Source: Macrostomum hystrix | Taxonomy: Eukaryota > Animalia > Platyhelminthes | Assembly (NCBI GenBank): GCA_950097015.1 | Contig: CATNEN010000038.1 | Coordinates: 28,954,001-29,018,000, forward strand | Length of the DNA stretch: 64,000 nucleotides | Reading direction: 5' to 3' | In this document: piece by piece, positions 60,701-64,000 of the stretch | Layout of the letters: every line of letters begins with the position of its first letter | How positions within the stretch are numbered: position 1 is the first letter of the stretch | Notes under the pieces: generated by a model | Databases searched by the model: none | What the model was told of the DNA's origin: nothing | What the model saw: only the letters and a program-made list of their open reading frames with translations | Made by a program: the position numbers and the translations under genes

Positions 60701-62581
60701 TGTGAGACACACATTACACCTGTGAGACACACATTACACCTGTGAGACACACATTACACCTGTGAGACACACATTACACCTGTGAGACACACATTACACC
60801 TGTGAGACACACATTACACCTGTGAGACACACATTACACCTGTGAGACACACATTACACCTGTGAGACACACATTACACCTGTGAGACACGCATTACACG
60901 TGTGAGACACGCATTACACCTGTGAGACACGCATTACACTTGTGAGACACGCATTACACGTGTGAGACACGCACTACACCTGTGAGACACACATTACACC
61001 TGTGAGACACACATTACACCTGTAAAACACACATTACACCTGTGAGACACGCATTACACCTGTGAGACACGCATTACACCTGTGAGACACGCATTACACG
61101 TGTGAGACACACATTTCACCTGTGAGACACACATTACACCTGTGAGACACACATTACACCTGTGAGACACACATTACACATGTGAGACACGCATTACACC
61201 TGTGAGACACACATTACACCTGTGAGACACGCATTACACGTGTGAGACACGCATTACACGTGTGAGACACGCATTACACCTGTGAGACACGCATTACACC
61301 TGTGAGACACGCATTACACCTGTGAGACACGCATTACACCTGTGAGACACACATTTCACCTGTGAGACACACATTACACCTGTGAGACACGCATTACACC
61401 TGTGAGACACACATTACACATGTGAGACACGCATTACACCTGTGAGACACACATTACACCTGTGAGACACGCATTACACCTGTGAGACACACATCACACA
61501 TGTGAGACACGCATTACACCTGTGAGACACACATTACACCTGTGAGACACGCATTACACCTGTGAGACACACATCACACCTGTGAGACACGCATTACACC
61601 TGTGAGACACACATTACACCTGTGAGACACACATTACACCTGTGAGACACGCATTACACCTGTGAGACACACATTACACCTGTGAGACACACATTACACC
61701 TGTGAGACACACATTACACCTGTGAGACACGCATTACACGTGTGAGACACGCATTACACGTGTGAGACACGCATTACACCTGTGAGACACGCATTACACC
61801 TGTGAGACACGCATTACACCTGTGAGACACGCATTACACCTGTGAGACACACATCACACCTGTGAGACACACATTACACCTGTGAGACACACATTACACC
61901 TGTGAGACACGCATTACACCTGTGAGACACGCATTACACCTGTGAGACACACATTACACCTGTGAGACACACATTACACCTGTGAGACACACATTACACA
62001 TGTGAGACACGCATTACACCTGTGAGACACACATTACACATGTGAGACACGCATTACACGTGTGAGACACGCATTACACGTGTGAGACACGCATTACACC
62101 TGTGAGACACGCATTACAACTGTGAGGCACACATTACACCTGTGAGACACACATTACACCTGTGAGACACACATTACACCTGTGAGACACACATTACACC
62201 TGTGAGACACACATTACACCTGTGAGACACACATTACACCTGTGAGACACACATTACACCTGTGAGACACACATTACACATGTGTGACACGCATTACACC
62301 TGTGAGACACACATTACACCTGTGAGACACGCATTACACGTGTGAGACACGCATTACACGTGTGAGACACGCATTACACGTGTGAGACACGCATTACACC
62401 TGTGAGACACGCATTACACCTGTGAGACACGCATTACACCTGTGAGGCACACATTACACCTATTAGTTATTTAAGTCTTACCTGTCGAAAGCGATGAAGC
62501 TAAGAGTAGTAACTGAAGCAGCCACAGCCACACCCTGCAGGTAGGTCAATGCCTTGCACAAAGTTCTTCCGATAATCCAAT
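54720..62581 (-). CDS. Class A neuropeptide GPCR (SIFamide/NPFF receptor-like); TM1-2 exons not located, probably beyond the window
   Basis: Exons 62581-62482 (WIIGRTLCKALTYLQGVAVAASVTTLSFIAFDR), 57496-57176 (YLAVCHPL..IW..PW..C..PLAFITVCY), 55975-55705 (FAISWLPLH..QWIGISNCCANPWIY) and probably 55046-54720 (poly-Ala C-tail). Phases are compatible and the DRY motif is split by an intron. Confidence 0.88.
55078..55672. repeat. 14-bp minisatellite (ccccatcctctctt) filling the last GPCR intron
   Basis: Occupies nearly the whole 55047-55704 intron. Confidence 0.95.
56008..56463. repeat. 17-bp minisatellite (agattgggattatagac)
   Basis: Visible. Confidence 0.93.
56863..57109. repeat. 14-bp perfect minisatellite (ctgtcagattatcc)
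   Basis: ~17 identical copies. Confidence 0.97.
57605..57907 (+). mobile_element. Family B SINE, 3' truncated, in a GPCR intron
   Basis: Colinear with 14865-15164. Confidence 0.82.
58820..59980. repeat. 20-bp minisatellite (gtaacttccgttaacattct)
   Basis: ~55 copies with higher-order variant blocks. Confidence 0.95.
60495..62462. repeat. 20-bp minisatellite (tgtgagacac(a/g)cattacacc)
   Basis: ~95 copies, starting ~20 bp inside the intron from the donor at 62481. Confidence 0.97.
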
Positions 62582-63161
62582 CTGTAAGTTGGCGTTTGAA
62601 AAAATACTGTTTACATTTTTTGTAATTAATCTGTGGCCCAAACTTGAGGAGAGAAGACTTGAGAGCTTTTCGTAAAACGGGCCAACCGCCAAAGGCGCGG
62701 AGAGAGTGTAAAGCACTTTATTAAGCAATATTTTTTCGAAGATTCTACAAAAGGCTGAAAAGAGATAGGTTGAATCAATAGGTTGTTTATTTGCCTTGCA
62801 TTGCCTGTTTACCTATTGATGATGCGGGTGTCACTAATGGGATATGATTTGACAAAACTGGGCCAGGTGATCGGGCGGGTCACAAAAGAAAATTGTATCA
62901 GTTTACTAAAAGAGCTCCGTTGTAAGCCAAATCAGTGGAAAAACACTGCGCGTGGAGCTAGTGATATAGTAAGCTATGACAAAGGGTAGTAGCCATCGGG
63001 CGGTTTGCCGTCGTCAAAAAAACAGGATTGAATTAGCCACAAAAAGAATTAGAGCTTGTGAGATTGATACAGTGAAAAACCTGCACGGATATAAGGTGGC
63101 TATAATTGGACTTGCATTGGGAAAAAGTCATGTGATGCAGTAATATTAATACTTTTGCATA

Positions 63162-63693
63162 TGTCACAGGTGTGTACAACTGCCACAGGTATGTACATCT
63201 GTCACGGGTGTGTACATCTGCCACAGGTGTGTACATCTGCCATAGGTGTGTACATCGGCCACAGGTGTGTACATCTGCCATAGGTGTGTACATCGGCCAC
63301 AGGTGTGTACATCTGTCACGGGTGTGTACATCTGTCACGGGTGTGTACATCTGTCACGGGTGTGTACATCTGTCACAAGGTTTGTAAATCTGTCACGGGT
63401 GTGTACATCTGTCACGGGTGTGTAAATCTGTCACGGGTGTGTAAATCTGTCACGGGTGTGTAAATCTGTCACGGGTGTGTACATCTGTCACGGGTGTGTA
63501 CATCTGTCACAAGGTTTGTAAATCTGTCACAGGTGTGTACATCTGTCACAAGGTTTGTAAATCTGTCACGGGTGTGTACATTTGTCACGGGTGTGTAAAT
63601 CTGTCACGGGTGTGTAAATCTGTCACGGGTGTGTAAATCTGTCACGGGTGTGTACATCTGTCACGGGTGTGTAAATCTGTCACGGGTGTGTAC
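63162..63693. repeat. 19-bp minisatellite (ggtgtgtacatctgtcacg)
   Basis: ~28 copies. Confidence 0.95.
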
Positions 63694-64000
63694 CACAGCC
63701 TTATCTCCGATGCTGCACCTTAAATGAATGTGGCATTGTCGTGGAATCAAGCTCTGGGACCTTGCTGCCATAGGTATGCAAGTTAAACCGATCTACCCAT
63801 CATGGACAAGCTATCCGTTCTGGTAGTTCACAGCACATTTCAGCAGCGTTGGTGAAGTGGATACGCTGGAAGGACTAGCAGATGCAAAGTAAGATAAATT
63901 CTAGAATGATTTTAATAGTACACTGAAGTTATCTTGATGGAAAGTCTTGTCGTAGCGATTCAAATTGCCCTTAAATAAAAATTTGGGCAAAAGCCAGACA

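Noticed and set aside
16040-63693. CRISPR-like appearance of regular arrays
   Set aside because: Units are head-to-tail with no unique spacers, there are no cas genes, and the context is eukaryotic.

Overview
Eukaryotic (animal) genomic DNA with GT-AG introns. It is packed with 14-25 bp minisatellites, tRNA-derived SINEs and decayed transposons. The overall style, plus a huge Lys/Arg-rich protein, suggests a free-living flatworm such as Macrostomum (inference, not proven). Host genes: (1) the 3' part of a giant vWA + polybasic repeat protein (+, open at the window start); (2) an endophilin-B N-BAR gene apparently without SH3 (-, 6 exons); (3) kindlin (-, 3 exons); (4) a divergent ankyrin + TRPM-like channel (-, 2 exons); (5) an intronless 396-aa orphan; (6) a frameshifted tensin SH2-PTB fragment; (7) a 195-aa orphan; (8) the 3' exons of a SIFamide/NPFF-receptor-like GPCR (-). 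Mobile DNA: a pair of 246-bp, ~98% identical, TA-flanked inverted repeats (32984-33229 / 47066-47311) brackets 14.3 kb. That interval holds an IS630/Tc1-type transposase remnant, the 396-aa orphan, the tensin fragment, a Harbinger remnant and a LOA/R1-like LINE. There is also a fully end-defined non-autonomous Helitron and two SINE families: one CORE-like, one carrying a motif identical to the HDV ribozyme P3/L3. Best leads: the polycationic vWA glue/cement-like protein, the possible giant cargo-carrying Tc1/mariner element, the HDV-like motif in the SINE, the ankyrin-TRPM chimera, and unrelated minisatellites that share a branch-point/splice-site-like core.
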